Positions 1 to 10,200 of a stretch of 64,000 nucleotides of DNA are shown piece by piece (position 1 is the stretch's first letter; every line of letters begins with the position of its first letter). Under the pieces are notes generated by a model. That model saw nothing but the letters and a program-made list of their open reading frames with translations, had not been told where the DNA came from and did not search any database. Source of the DNA: Candidatus Heimdallarchaeota archaeon (GTDB lineage Archaea; Asgardarchaeota; Heimdallarchaeia; JABLTI01). Position numbers and translations under genes: made by a program. The DNA lies in NCBI GenBank assembly GCA_018238155.1, contig JABCTZ010000036.1:32001-96000 (forward strand), written 5' to 3'.

Positions 1-397
1 TAATAGATACAGCATCAAGTCTTACTTTATAACTTAAATCATAACGAGCTATTGGTTTGATTATCGGTAAAATTTTTTTGATAACTTCTTTATCATTGAG
101 AGCAATTTCTCCCAATAACTCAAGACCTCTCGACCGTTTTTTCCTTTGAAAAGATTTCAAGAGTTTTTTCAAAGCAGGTATCGCGGGTTCACCTATCATT
201 ATTACTGTTTCTTCAGCTAGCCCTTGAAGAATGAAATCTTTTCTTCCATTAATAATTTTCATTAACTCTTCTAGAGCTGCTTCTGCATTCAAACCTAAAT
301 CACATAGTTCCTTAACAGCATCTTTTTTCTCTTTAGCAGATTTGCTTTTTTGGAGAACACTAATACATTCATCAACTCTTACTTTAATTTCAGTCAA
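1..397 (-). CDS. HEAT/PBS-lyase-like repeat protein, 5' part (runs off the window start; not in ORF track)
   Basis: Manual translation from TTG at 397 (GGTGTG upstream): MTEIKVRVDEC...IGEPAIPALKKLL...GLELLGEIA...YKVRLDAVSI, open to the edge; 'IGEPAIPAL' helical repeat pattern. Confidence 0.75.
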   Translation of the reverse strand, partial: MTEIKVRVDECISVLQKSKSAKEKKDAVKELCDLGLNAEAALEELMKIINGRKDFILQGLAEETVIMIGEPAIPALKKLLKSFQRKKRSRGLELLGEIALNDKEVIKKILPIIKPIARYDLSYKVRLDAVSI

Positions 398-589
398 AAT
401 TAAACACACCAAGAATTTGTTAAACACTAAATAACACTTTAAATTCTATTGTTCTCGATATAAAAGTTCCAAACTTTATTTAGATTTCTGTTACAAAAAA
501 AATCAATTATAGATATGTATTATACTTTTTTAATTTCGAGTAGAAAAGTAATTAAGTTAACACCGTTTCTGAAGAAACGAGGAATTTTT

Positions 590-1003
590 TTGAGTTTTGA
601 GTTCAAAGATCATACAGCAGATACTATTGTTTATGCAAAAGGAGAGAATTTACAAGAAGCATTTGAACAAGCTGCTTTGGGTACCTATGAGGTAATGACT
701 GATATTTCTCTTATCGAAACATCCCTTTCAAAGGAGGTAAACATAAAATCTGAAGATTTAAAATCATTACTTTTTGATTGGATTGATCAGTTAATTTATC
801 TATTTGATACTGAGTATTTCATCTCAAGTAAAGTTTCTATTCTTGAGTTCGGTATTAGTGGTAAATTTTTCAAAATTTATGCTATATTGGAAGGAGAAGA
901 ATTTAAAATTGGAAAGCATTCACAAAAAAGTGAAGTAAAAGCAATGACCTATTCCTTCATGGAAGTTGGAGAAAATTACGTAGAGTTTACTCTAGACTTG
1001 TAG
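590..1003 (+). CDS. Archease (RtcB cofactor)
   Basis: DHTAD N-terminal motif, EVKAMTY, C-terminal LDL; TTG at 590 preceded by GAGGA (ORF-track start 515 probably too early). Confidence 0.93.
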   Translation: MSFEFKDHTADTIVYAKGENLQEAFEQAALGTYEVMTDISLIETSLSKEVNIKSEDLKSLLFDWIDQLIYLFDTEYFISSKVSILEFGISGKFFKIYAILEGEEFKIGKHSQKSEVKAMTYSFMEVGENYVEFTLDL

Positions 1004-1076
1004 AGTTACAGTTTAAACATTCTTTGGTAATAACAAAACTAAAAAGCAAGAAAATAGAATTTCAAAGAGTGAGAAT

Positions 1077-2741
1077 ATGTCTTCGAAACGCAACCTAGTC
1101 AATGAATTACTCAAAAGAAATTGCCTAATAACTCCTGATTGTTATGAGATTTTAGAGGATGTAGATGATGCTACTTTTGATTTAGACCGGTTAGCGAATG
1201 CTTTGAAAAATGAACTTGTTATCACTGCTGAGAAATTGCGTGAAGCTCTTCAATCATTTGAAGAGTTTTTATCTGAAGGCGAAACCTTTGAATCTGAATC
1301 CACAAATGATGTAGATTTAGATCAATCTGAAATGGACGTTGAACTATCTTCTAAAAAAGAGAAAGAATCTCTTGATAATAATCTTTCAACCTCAAAAGAG
1401 AATGAAACAATAGTTGCGGCACCGATTAAAAATCTTTCAAAAGATCTTACAAGACAATTTGAGCCTATCGGTAGCAATATTGACACACAAATAAAGATAC
1501 TCCATGAATCATCCGGACAAACAACCATCGATGGGACACTAAATGATTTTGGCAGATATTTTTCTAGTAGATTTAAGCAGTTGAGTGCTATTTTGAGGAA
1601 AAGAGGTGATATTGGTGGTTCGTTTCGTATTGGAGACTTGAAGAAATCAAAAATTGATGATAATGAACGAATTGGCATCTTAGGAATGGTAACAACAAAA
1701 GTTTCATTAAAAAATGGCGGAATGTTATTTGAAATTGAGGATCCAACAGGTAGTATTACAATTACGATTTCTGCTAAAATGCAAGAATTACTAGTTAAAG
1801 CAGGAGCATTACTTCAAGATCAAGTTGCTTGTTTTTTTGGAAAGATTTATGGTGACCGGATGGTTCTCGAGGACTTTGTTTTTCCTGATCTTCCATTAAG
1901 TAGCAGAACAAAGACTGTGAAGGATCCAGTTAGTGTTTGCATGACCAGTGACTTACATATCGGGAGCAAAGAATTTCTGGAAGGCTCATTTAATAATTTG
2001 ATAGATTTCTTGAATGGACGGATAGATGACCCTTATCAACAAACACTGGCAAGTCAAGTAAAATATCTTATTGTTGGTGGTGATGTTGTAGAAGGAATCG
2101 GAATTTATCCAAAACAAGAAGATGATTTGATTATTACTGATATTTATAGACAATATGACAAAGCCGCTGAATTATTAGCAAAAATTCCTAATTGGATTCA
2201 CATAATTATCATTTCTGGTAATCATGACGCTTGTAGATTAGCTTTACCTCAACCCGCAATAGGAAGGGAGTATGCACCAAAATTATGGGCTATGAAAAAT
2301 GTTAGTATGCTATCTAATCCCTCCACAGTTAATATTCACGGGAAGGTCTTTCTTCTTTATCATGGGAACTCATTCGAAGATGTTTCTTCTTTGACACCTG
2401 GATTAAGTATGAGCGATGCAAATGGGCCAATGATTTATACTCTAAGATATAGGCACCTAGCTCCAACTTATGGGAGAAGAAGCAGTGTTGTTCCTAGTTT
2501 AAAAGATGAATTAGTTATTGAACATGTTCCGGATGTTTTTCATACTGGACATATTCACATAAACGCTCATACGCGATATAGAGGTGTTGACTGTATTAAT
2601 TCGGGAACTTTTCAATCGCAAACTGATTACATGCAATCAAAAAACATAAATCCAACTCCAGGCAGAGTTCCAATAATGAATCTACAATCAGGTAAATTTC
2701 ATGAGCTTATTTTCTATGACCCAAAAGAAGACAAACAGTAA
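1077..2741 (+). CDS. polB: DNA polymerase D small subunit DP1 (3'-5' proofreading exonuclease)
   Basis: OB fold (EDPTG) followed by calcineurin-like motifs SDLHIG, GDVVEG, GNHD, YHG, HLAPTYG, HTGHIH, SGTFQ. Confidence 0.96.
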   Translation: MSSKRNLVNELLKRNCLITPDCYEILEDVDDATFDLDRLANALKNELVITAEKLREALQSFEEFLSEGETFESESTNDVDLDQSEMDVELSSKKEKESLDNNLSTSKENETIVAAPIKNLSKDLTRQFEPIGSNIDTQIKILHESSGQTTIDGTLNDFGRYFSSRFKQLSAILRKRGDIGGSFRIGDLKKSKIDDNERIGILGMVTTKVSLKNGGMLFEIEDPTGSITITISAKMQELLVKAGALLQDQVACFFGKIYGDRMVLEDFVFPDLPLSSRTKTVKDPVSVCMTSDLHIGSKEFLEGSFNNLIDFLNGRIDDPYQQTLASQVKYLIVGGDVVEGIGIYPKQEDDLIITDIYRQYDKAAELLAKIPNWIHIIIISGNHDACRLALPQPAIGREYAPKLWAMKNVSMLSNPSTVNIHGKVFLLYHGNSFEDVSSLTPGLSMSDANGPMIYTLRYRHLAPTYGRRSSVVPSLKDELVIEHVPDVFHTGHIHINAHTRYRGVDCINSGTFQSQTDYMQSKNINPTPGRVPIMNLQSGKFHELIFYDPKEDKQ

Positions 2742-2805
2742 TCCCTTATAATAAGAATCGAAAGCTTTTTGTTCACTAGTGCAACCGAGTTGTTTGTGGT
2801 TGATT

Positions 2806-3720
2806 ATGAAAAATCCTTGGTTGCGTATAATGCGCCCCTTTAATTGTTTTCTCATTTCTATGTGTGCTATAGTTGGTTGGGTTGCTGATAAAGGCTTATC
2901 CGCATTTACAGAACATTGGCCTGCATTGATAATGACTTTTATTGGTGGTTGGGCACTAAGTGCTGCAGCAATGATTTTGAATGATTATTTTGATATTGAA
3001 GTGGATATAATTAATCAACCACAAAGACCAATCCCTAATGGAGAAATAAAATCAAAAACAGCCTTAATAGTAGGTATTATTTTAGTTGTTCTTGGAATTT
3101 TGTTTGGTTTAGGCATCGATCTATACAGCTATTATGTTTTAGGTGGTGTTTTTGGTGTTGCTATTGTTTTTGCAATAGTAAATTCAATAATACTTCTAAC
3201 TTATACTAATTTTTTGAAGAAATATTCTATTCTTGGAAATTTAGCTGTATCAATGAGCGTATGGTTTGGATTTATGTACGGTGATTTAGTAGTTGATCTT
3301 CATTTCAATATTTTCCCTGAAACATTGGGTTTCGCAGCTTTTGTTCTTAATTTTGGAAGAGAAATAATGAAAGGCATTATGGATATTGAGGGTGATCGTA
3401 AGAACAATGTAACAACCGTTGCAACTGCTTTTGGAGTTAAGGCAACAGCAGTAATTTCAGCAATAACCTATATTCTTGCAATCAGTTCTGGTTTAATACC
3501 TATTTTTGTTGCAGAAGTAAGTTGGGTATATGTTTCAACCATTTCTTTTGCATTCATTTTAGCGGTAGTATGTGCAATCTGGATTTTAAAAGATCAAAGT
3601 ACCAAATCAATTATTAGAATCAAAACGATTATTCTCATTACAATGCTTGCAGCATTGGTGGCTTTTGCTTTAGAAGCTTTGTTAAGAGGTATAGTTCCAC
3701 CACTTATTATTAGCACTTAA
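2806..3720 (+). CDS. UbiA-family prenyltransferase, likely digeranylgeranylglyceryl phosphate synthase
   Basis: RPFN, NDYFDIEVDIINQPQRPIP, REIMKGIMDIEGD motifs; multiple TM helices. Confidence 0.88.
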   Translation: MKNPWLRIMRPFNCFLISMCAIVGWVADKGLSAFTEHWPALIMTFIGGWALSAAAMILNDYFDIEVDIINQPQRPIPNGEIKSKTALIVGIILVVLGILFGLGIDLYSYYVLGGVFGVAIVFAIVNSIILLTYTNFLKKYSILGNLAVSMSVWFGFMYGDLVVDLHFNIFPETLGFAAFVLNFGREIMKGIMDIEGDRKNNVTTVATAFGVKATAVISAITYILAISSGLIPIFVAEVSWVYVSTISFAFILAVVCAIWILKDQSTKSIIRIKTIILITMLAALVAFALEALLRGIVPPLIIST

Positions 3721-3737
3721 TATATTATTAGCTTTAA

Positions 3738-3782
3738 GAAGAAAAAGAAAAAGGCTAAGAATTAGATTAATACTAATCTTAG
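3738..3782 (-). terminator. Hairpin plus T-tract after the 3784-4638 gene
   Basis: ctaaga-attag...ctaat-cttag inverted repeat (3755-3782), then a T-rich tract on the minus strand. Confidence 0.45.
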
Positions 3783-3783
3783 T

Positions 3784-4638
3784 TTATTCTATATTAGAAG
3801 GTTTAGAATTTGGTTCTGCAGCTGGAGGCAATTCTGTTGCTCCTTCTACTGGTGCAGCAGGTGCGTTTGTCTTAATTTTTATCTCAATGGACGTTAATCT
3901 TTGGTTTATAAGATCAAATGCTTTTGATAACCTCCCTAGTTCTTCTTTTAGACTTCCAGTGGATTCTACACCTGTGTTTTGTACTTGATTTGCAGATGTT
4001 GCACTTCCTCCGGTAATTGCTGTCCCTTCTAATTGATTTACTTTTGATTCAAGAGCATCTACTGCAGTTAAGAGTGATGGAACACGATCATCATGGGGAG
4101 TTTTTGCCACAGATTCCTCGATTTTGTCTAGTCTATCTATTAGATTAGTGAACATTTCGGCGTCACCTTTGGTTTTATTCTTTGCAAACTCAGCTTCCAA
4201 TCTTGCTACTCGTTCAGTCTCCAAAGATCTTAAGCTGTTGTTAACATCGCCAATGCTCTCTTTCAGCTCTTCTACCATATTTTCTATCGTGTTTTCAATT
4301 AAGTCAATCTTTTGTTTCATTTCTTCAAGTTCAGAAGAATCAATTATGTCCTCAATTGCTTGAGGCGCTGATGTAGGTAAGCTTGTTTCTGCTTGTGTGA
4401 AAAGTTGGTCACAAACATTTCTTAAGGGATATTTATCGATAACAAGTCTTGAATTTTTCAATAATTCATTAGAAGCTTTATTAATTCCATTTTTAGAAAA
4501 TACTGGAACAATAACTTCATTTTCAACACCTCCTCTGAGTAAAAGAGATAAAACCCATCTACCACGGTCTTCAGCAAGTTGCAAATAATACATTGTGCCT
4601 GGAATTTGTATTTTCACTTTATCTATACTTTGTGACAT
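3784..4638 (-). CDS. Hypothetical protein: small globular N-domain, long coiled coil, Pro-rich tail
   Basis: 284-aa ORF; heptad-rich middle (LEEMKQKIDLIENTIENMVEELKE...); C-terminal APAAP...LPPAAEP. Confidence 0.75.
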   Translation of the reverse strand: MSQSIDKVKIQIPGTMYYLQLAEDRGRWVLSLLLRGGVENEVIVPVFSKNGINKASNELLKNSRLVIDKYPLRNVCDQLFTQAETSLPTSAPQAIEDIIDSSELEEMKQKIDLIENTIENMVEELKESIGDVNNSLRSLETERVARLEAEFAKNKTKGDAEMFTNLIDRLDKIEESVAKTPHDDRVPSLLTAVDALESKVNQLEGTAITGGSATSANQVQNTGVESTGSLKEELGRLSKAFDLINQRLTSIEIKIKTNAPAAPVEGATELPPAAEPNSKPSNIE

Positions 4639-4740
4639 CGTAACACCGTTCCTTTCAAAAAGATATTTTGTTTTCTTATGACTTTATGTTAATGAAGAAT
4701 ATATATAAAACTTTACGAGTGGGTAAATTTCAACCAATTT

Positions 4741-4768
4741 AAAAAAGGAGCTAGAAATAGTTCTAGCT
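4741..4768 (-). terminator. Hairpin plus T-tract after trxB
   Basis: agctagaa/ttctagct 8-bp stem (4749-4768), then T6 on the minus strand. Confidence 0.5.
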
Positions 4769-4778
4769 TGTAAAATAT

Positions 4779-5699
4779 TTATTTTTCTAAGAACTCTTGT
4801 ACTTTATAGGCTGCGACACAACCGTCTCCAACAGCAGTAGCAATTTGTTTTATTCGACCACAAACATCACCAATAGCATATACACCAGGGATATTTGTTT
4901 CCATAGTAGCAATATCGGATATGATATAGCCACGATCATCTACTTCAATTTTTAGTTGCTCTGCTAAGACAGTATTTGGCACACTACCATATTCGATGAA
5001 AATCCCTTCAGCCTTCACTTTGTGTTCTTCTTTGCTAGATTTAAAAGTAAATGACTCAACGTATTCTCCACCAGAAATCTCGGATACTCTAGTTTGATAA
5101 TGAATTTCTATATTATCTCGAGTTTTTAATCTATTTTCATAAATAGGTTCTGCACCTAGCTCTTTTCTTGTACAGATTAAATACACTTTAGAAGAAATAT
5201 TAGAAAGATAAATCGCTGCTTTAGCTGCTCCCGTGCCATATCCAAGGACAGCGGTTGGTTTTCCTTGATAAAGAGCTCCATCGCAAACAGCACAATAAGA
5301 CACTCCTTTGCTATAATATTCTTCTTCACCTTTAATTTTCATTTTTTTATGCCGTGCACCCATGCCGAGGATAACTGCTTGAGCTTTAATTGTTTCTTCT
5401 TCCTCAGTTTTTACAATGAATTTTCCATTCTCTTTTTCGATTGAAATAACTCTATCATAAGAAACTTTGGCACCATTTGCTTTGGTTTGTTTTTCCATTC
5501 CTTCCATTAGCTCTAAACCTTGAACTCCTTTTGCAAAGCCGGAATAATTTTCAATCAAACCTAAATTCGCAACTTGAGACTCATAAGGGTTGCCGATTAC
5601 CAAAGTTGACACTCCTGCTCTGGCAGTATATATTCCTGCTGTCAATCCTGCAGGTCCTGCTCCTACAATCACTACTTGATATTCTTTCTTTTGTAACAT
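4779..5699 (-). CDS. trxB: Thioredoxin reductase
   Basis: GAGPAG FAD motif, GVSYCAVCDG redox CxxC, TNIPGVYAIGD. Confidence 0.92.
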   Translation of the reverse strand: MLQKKEYQVVIVGAGPAGLTAGIYTARAGVSTLVIGNPYESQVANLGLIENYSGFAKGVQGLELMEGMEKQTKANGAKVSYDRVISIEKENGKFIVKTEEEETIKAQAVILGMGARHKKMKIKGEEEYYSKGVSYCAVCDGALYQGKPTAVLGYGTGAAKAAIYLSNISSKVYLICTRKELGAEPIYENRLKTRDNIEIHYQTRVSEISGGEYVESFTFKSSKEEHKVKAEGIFIEYGSVPNTVLAEQLKIEVDDRGYIISDIATMETNIPGVYAIGDVCGRIKQIATAVGDGCVAAYKVQEFLEK

Positions 5700-5785
5700 T
5701 TTGTTTGTCTATCCCTTGTTTTATTTTTGCTGTCAAATTTTTGTTGTATACAGAGAACTTTGATGGTAATTAAATATGCTTCTCC

Positions 5786-7408
5786 TTACATAGTAATTTT
5801 TTCTGAATAAATAATATTAGTTATTTTTCCGATACCTTTTGTTCTCCCTTCCCTGAAAAGTATTTTTGCCCCTACTTTCAAATATTCTGGATAATACATG
5901 AATCTAAATCTTACTTTTGCTTTATCTCCCGTTCTCACTACTTCCTTATTCATATCAATGATTTTTGCTGTTTGCCGAATCGTGCCACAATGAATTACTG
6001 CTTGATAATTCTTTTGAATTGTTGTGGAATGATATAATATTAGTACTTCTGCTTCAAATTCTTTTGCCACTTTTGGAATGATTTGTTGGTCAAGTAATAC
6101 CATACCTTTTCTAATTGCAGTTCTTTGAATTCTTTTTAATGCAAATGTTGCCGTTTGACCTGCAACCACTCTTTTAACAGGCAATCGTTTATTATGAATG
6201 CTCTTTACTTTTACTTGTTTGAATTTTCCATTTTCATCTGGTCCTAATTGCAAAATATTGTCGATTGCGATGGATCCACTCAAGAGTGTTCCTGCGACTA
6301 CAGTACCAACTCCTGTAACTGAGTATGTTTCATCGATATGAAATTCTGCCTGTTTATCAATAAATTCTTCCCATTTTTTATTCGCTGGAAGGATATTGAG
6401 AAATCTCCTAAGAAGGGCTAGATTTTCACCTGTAACATTGGATACAAGAAAGATGGGTACAATTCTTCCTGATAAAAGGTTCTTTGCACTCACTATTATA
6501 TCATCTTCATTCCTAATAATAATTGGAATTTTGTTAGACCCAGGCAGTTTCAATAGTTTCGTCAAATTCTCAATAGTTTGTTTTAAGATGTGTTTGGGAC
6601 AGATATCAATTTTTGTTATTACAACAATTACAGGTACTTTTAGAGCTAGGACAATGCCAAGATGCTCTTTTGTCATACCAACCACTCCCATATTTGATCC
6701 GACAACGAGTAATGCATAATCTGGTAGATGGCCTGTTAAACCGAACAGAGTTGTTTTCAGATATTTCTCATGACCTCCTAAATCAATAAAAGTTAATACT
6801 TTTGCACTTTCTTCAATTATTTTCGCCCAAGATTGATTACCTAATAAATTATAATTAACAATTTTTCCTTTGCTATCAAATCCAAGTATCTGTTGACTAA
6901 TACTAGATGTTCTACCTGTTTCCACTTCATGTTTGTGTCGAAAAACATTGACTCGAGTCAATCCTCTCCCATTATCTAATTTCCCTTGTGTAAGCACTCC
7001 AACTAAAGTGCTCTTTCCACTATCAACATTTCCTGCAACTGCAACTCTTATTTCGATATATTCTTCCTCTGCTAGTTTTCGTACTAAAATTTCCGCTACT
7101 TTTCCTGATTCTCCTTCTCTTTCTCTTAAGATAGTTATATCAGCTTGAAGTTGTTCAGCCATTTTCTCAAGGGTTTTAATGGAGTTTTTTAGTTCTTCTT
7201 CATTAATACCTTTGGGATATCCATTATCTTCAATACCAATTTCATAAATCGCTTCTCCTTGCCCTTCTTGTAAGCGGAATTTCATTTGAGTAACTAAATG
7301 CTCAAACCTAGTTGCTGAAGGATCGATTAACTTTAGTTTATATTCAACATTTCCTTCCTCCTTCTCTTGTTCTAAAAAAGGCGTTTTATCTTTTTTGGAA
7401 GAGGGCAT
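5786..7408 (-). CDS. Translational GTPase of the GTPBP1/GTPBP2 family
   Basis: N-terminal GNVEYKLKL...RLQEGQGEA domain; G1 GNVDSGKST, GRTSS, DLGGHEKY, TKID, SNVTG; EF-Tu-like domains II/III ending FREGRTKGIG. Confidence 0.95.
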   Translation of the reverse strand: MPSSKKDKTPFLEQEKEEGNVEYKLKLIDPSATRFEHLVTQMKFRLQEGQGEAIYEIGIEDNGYPKGINEEELKNSIKTLEKMAEQLQADITILREREGESGKVAEILVRKLAEEEYIEIRVAVAGNVDSGKSTLVGVLTQGKLDNGRGLTRVNVFRHKHEVETGRTSSISQQILGFDSKGKIVNYNLLGNQSWAKIIEESAKVLTFIDLGGHEKYLKTTLFGLTGHLPDYALLVVGSNMGVVGMTKEHLGIVLALKVPVIVVITKIDICPKHILKQTIENLTKLLKLPGSNKIPIIIRNEDDIIVSAKNLLSGRIVPIFLVSNVTGENLALLRRFLNILPANKKWEEFIDKQAEFHIDETYSVTGVGTVVAGTLLSGSIAIDNILQLGPDENGKFKQVKVKSIHNKRLPVKRVVAGQTATFALKRIQRTAIRKGMVLLDQQIIPKVAKEFEAEVLILYHSTTIQKNYQAVIHCGTIRQTAKIIDMNKEVVRTGDKAKVRFRFMYYPEYLKVGAKILFREGRTKGIGKITNIIYSEKITM

Positions 7409-7516
7409 ACTTACAAACTCCTTCTATTATCTAATTAGAATAGCTAATCTTGCTTTATTAATGCTAAGAATTATTTGCTTGTATGGTGTTTATTACTAAA
7501 AAACAAAGGGTATCTC

Positions 7517-8725
7517 TTAATTTTTTATGTCAATTTTTACGTCATGATTTGTTAATTTTCTTACTTCTCTCTGAGCTTCGGCTGCAAAAGAAGCAATGGT
7601 TTTATTTAATTCTTGAAGAGAACTATCCATTTCACGAATTCTACGTTGCTTCCTATTTTCGTTTTTCTCTAAAGATTCTTGCGCTTCTTTATATTCTTGT
7701 ATTTGATCCTTCAAACCTAAATTATCAATTTTTACTTCAATATTGGTTATCTGTTCTTTTAGCATTAGTAAATCAGTGTGAAGTTCCTTTATAGATCCAT
7801 CAATTACATTATGCGCATATGTTATTGCTTTATTTTTCATTGAAGCTTTCAATTTTATTTTTTCAGCTTTTGCTGCTTCAATCAATATTTCCATTAAATT
7901 ATCTAACTTCTTATGTCCTTCTTCTAACTCCCAAAGAGCCTCTATAGGGTTTTCTCTTAAGAGATTGGCTATTATAATTAACTCAGGAGGAACCATAATT
8001 TTTCCATCTTGTGCTCGAGAAGTTAATTTTCTTAGAGGTTTATCCATTCCTCCAAGTTCTAAACGGAGTTTCTTTCCAATTATTTGGACTTCTTTATTTA
8101 GTTTATCTAATTGTGCTAATACTTCTTTTGATTCAAGAGAAGTTGTACTATTGTTTAATTTTGAAATCTCTTCTAAAATTTCATCAACTTCTGCTTTTTC
8201 AGCAGAAATTTGTTTCTTGAGATTATCTCGACTTTCAACTTTGCTGATAATCAGCGAAATTTTCTCAGAAGTATTATCTACTTCTTGGAGAAGTACAGTT
8301 TTATTTTCGATGAATTGATTAAAGTCCTGATAATTTTTTTGTATTCTAGTAAGAGCTCTATTTAAAATAAACACTCTTGTTTTGTATTTTCGCTTCAAGT
8401 TTGGAATGAATCTTCTACCAATTATCATAACTCTTTGCAAAAACTTTCCCAAACTTTTAACCCACTCTTCCGTTGACTTATAAGTAATCTTTTCGGGATA
8501 CTCAAAATTAGTAACCATCGCAGTCATTTTTTCGAAGATATTTTGTGAGGAACGCGTTTCAGCATCTATGGTATCTCCAATTTCGAAATCTTGTGCTGCA
8601 AGTTCCAATTCTCCCATCGAAGATCTGACTAATTCAATTCTCTTATGTATTTCTTGCCGCACTTTTTTTACACTATTTTCGGTTTCATCTTTAAACCATT
8701 TATTCATTTTACTTAGTGAAATCAA
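7517..8725 (-). CDS. Hypothetical all-helical/coiled-coil protein
   Basis: 402-aa ORF with extended heptad repeats; no P-loop seen. Confidence 0.75.
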   Translation of the reverse strand: MISLSKMNKWFKDETENSVKKVRQEIHKRIELVRSSMGELELAAQDFEIGDTIDAETRSSQNIFEKMTAMVTNFEYPEKITYKSTEEWVKSLGKFLQRVMIIGRRFIPNLKRKYKTRVFILNRALTRIQKNYQDFNQFIENKTVLLQEVDNTSEKISLIISKVESRDNLKKQISAEKAEVDEILEEISKLNNSTTSLESKEVLAQLDKLNKEVQIIGKKLRLELGGMDKPLRKLTSRAQDGKIMVPPELIIIANLLRENPIEALWELEEGHKKLDNLMEILIEAAKAEKIKLKASMKNKAITYAHNVIDGSIKELHTDLLMLKEQITNIEVKIDNLGLKDQIQEYKEAQESLEKNENRKQRRIREMDSSLQELNKTIASFAAEAQREVRKLTNHDVKIDIKN

Positions 8726-9299
8726 TTTGTTTCATCCCTAGAACAATGTATATTCCATAATTATTATGCTGAAATTAATTTTTAGGTATATTACTAAATT
8801 GTAAATGCTGTTTTATTTATGTTTGCATTTTTAGGTCTATTACTACTTTTTATTGATTTATCTCTCTTGAAAAGAGAGATTGCTATTTCACTTAAATCAT
8901 TTGGGTTAACTGGATTATCAATAATTTTGATTCTTCCTAATTCCTACTACTCTTTTACTGTGAAGAATAATACTCTTTTTTTTTGACACAATGTTGTTTT
9001 ATAACGATAGACTACCAATCATCAAATGATAGTTTCTTCACTCCGTTAAGTTGAGTGAGCTCACAAGAAATCTAATTAGCAAAATGTCTTTGAGATTTAA
9101 TTAATAAAGATAGACCATGTTTCCTTTTCTCATTCTATATAATTTGCTAAATTATTAAAATATTGATTAATAAGAAGAATTTTTAATTATGAATCAGAGA
9201 AAAAGACTTTTAACTAGGTTATTCAGAGTTTTGAAAATTAGGATTAACTTTAATTATAAGTAAAGATTATAGTATTCTGATACAGAAATTTTCTGTAGG

Positions 9300-10190
9300 A
9301 TGAAAGTAATGCCTTCAAAACAAGTAGATAAAACAAATCTAAAAGAATCAGTAACTGAAATTAAAAAGAAATTTCACATAGTTGGACGAACAAGTGAATT
9401 AATGAGATCCCTCGCAGCAAAAGCTGCTGGAAGACATATTCTATTAGAAGGTCCTGTTGGTGTGGGAAAAACAGAAATTGCTCATGCACTTGCTGCTTAC
9501 CTTAATACAAAATTTGTTAGATTTGATGGGGATGAAAGATATCATCCTGATAAATTAGTTGGTCATTTCGATCCTCCTGTAGTCTTAGAGAAAGGATATT
9601 CCTTTGATTCCTTTGTTTCAGGACCACTTATTCGAGCTATGAACAGTGGAGCTATTCTTTTTGCGAATGAGATTAATCGTTGCCCTGAATCTACACAAAA
9701 TGTTCTGTTATCTGCTATGGATGAAGCAAGAATTGTTATACCAAAACTTGGTGAAGTAAACGCAAAAGATGGCTTCTTTATAATTGCAACACAAAATCCT
9801 GTAGAATTTATAGCAACAACACCATTGGGTGAAGCTATTAAAGATAGATTCGTTTGGATTAGATTAGATTATCAATCCGCTGTAGAAGAGAAGCAAATAG
9901 TTGCCGCAAAAATGAAAGATGCCCCCAAAGAACTCGTTGAATATTCTGTAAACATAGTAAGAGAAACACGTATTTCAGCTAAATTACGAAGAGGGTCTAG
10001 CATCAGAGGTGCTATTGATTTAGCTTCAATTATTTTTGAATTTGAGGACAGGTCAATGCAAACCTGGATAGATATCAGTATAATGGCACTTGCAACTAAA
10101 ATAGAATTGGAAGATGGCATAGAAGAAAAAATTGAGACTGTAATCGAAGAAATTGTCCGAAAGGTTATTGGTAAGTTTTTTCGGACCTAG
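9300..10190 (+). CDS. MoxR/CoxD-like AAA+ ATPase
   Basis: Walker A GPVGVGKT, Walker B-like ILFANEINR, IATQNP, DRF arginine finger. Confidence 0.92.
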   Translation: MKVMPSKQVDKTNLKESVTEIKKKFHIVGRTSELMRSLAAKAAGRHILLEGPVGVGKTEIAHALAAYLNTKFVRFDGDERYHPDKLVGHFDPPVVLEKGYSFDSFVSGPLIRAMNSGAILFANEINRCPESTQNVLLSAMDEARIVIPKLGEVNAKDGFFIIATQNPVEFIATTPLGEAIKDRFVWIRLDYQSAVEEKQIVAAKMKDAPKELVEYSVNIVRETRISAKLRRGSSIRGAIDLASIIFEFEDRSMQTWIDISIMALATKIELEDGIEEKIETVIEEIVRKVIGKFFRT

Positions 10191-10200
10191 TGAGATAGTA

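Noticed and set aside
231-434. Plus-strand 67-aa ORF and the many other short ORFs antisense to long genes
   Set aside because: Shadow frames opposite well-supported genes; no motifs or SD
7517-8725. Coiled-coil protein as SMC/Rad50 or ESCRT-III
   Set aside because: No Walker motifs, hinge or zinc hook, and no recognisable Snf7 pattern
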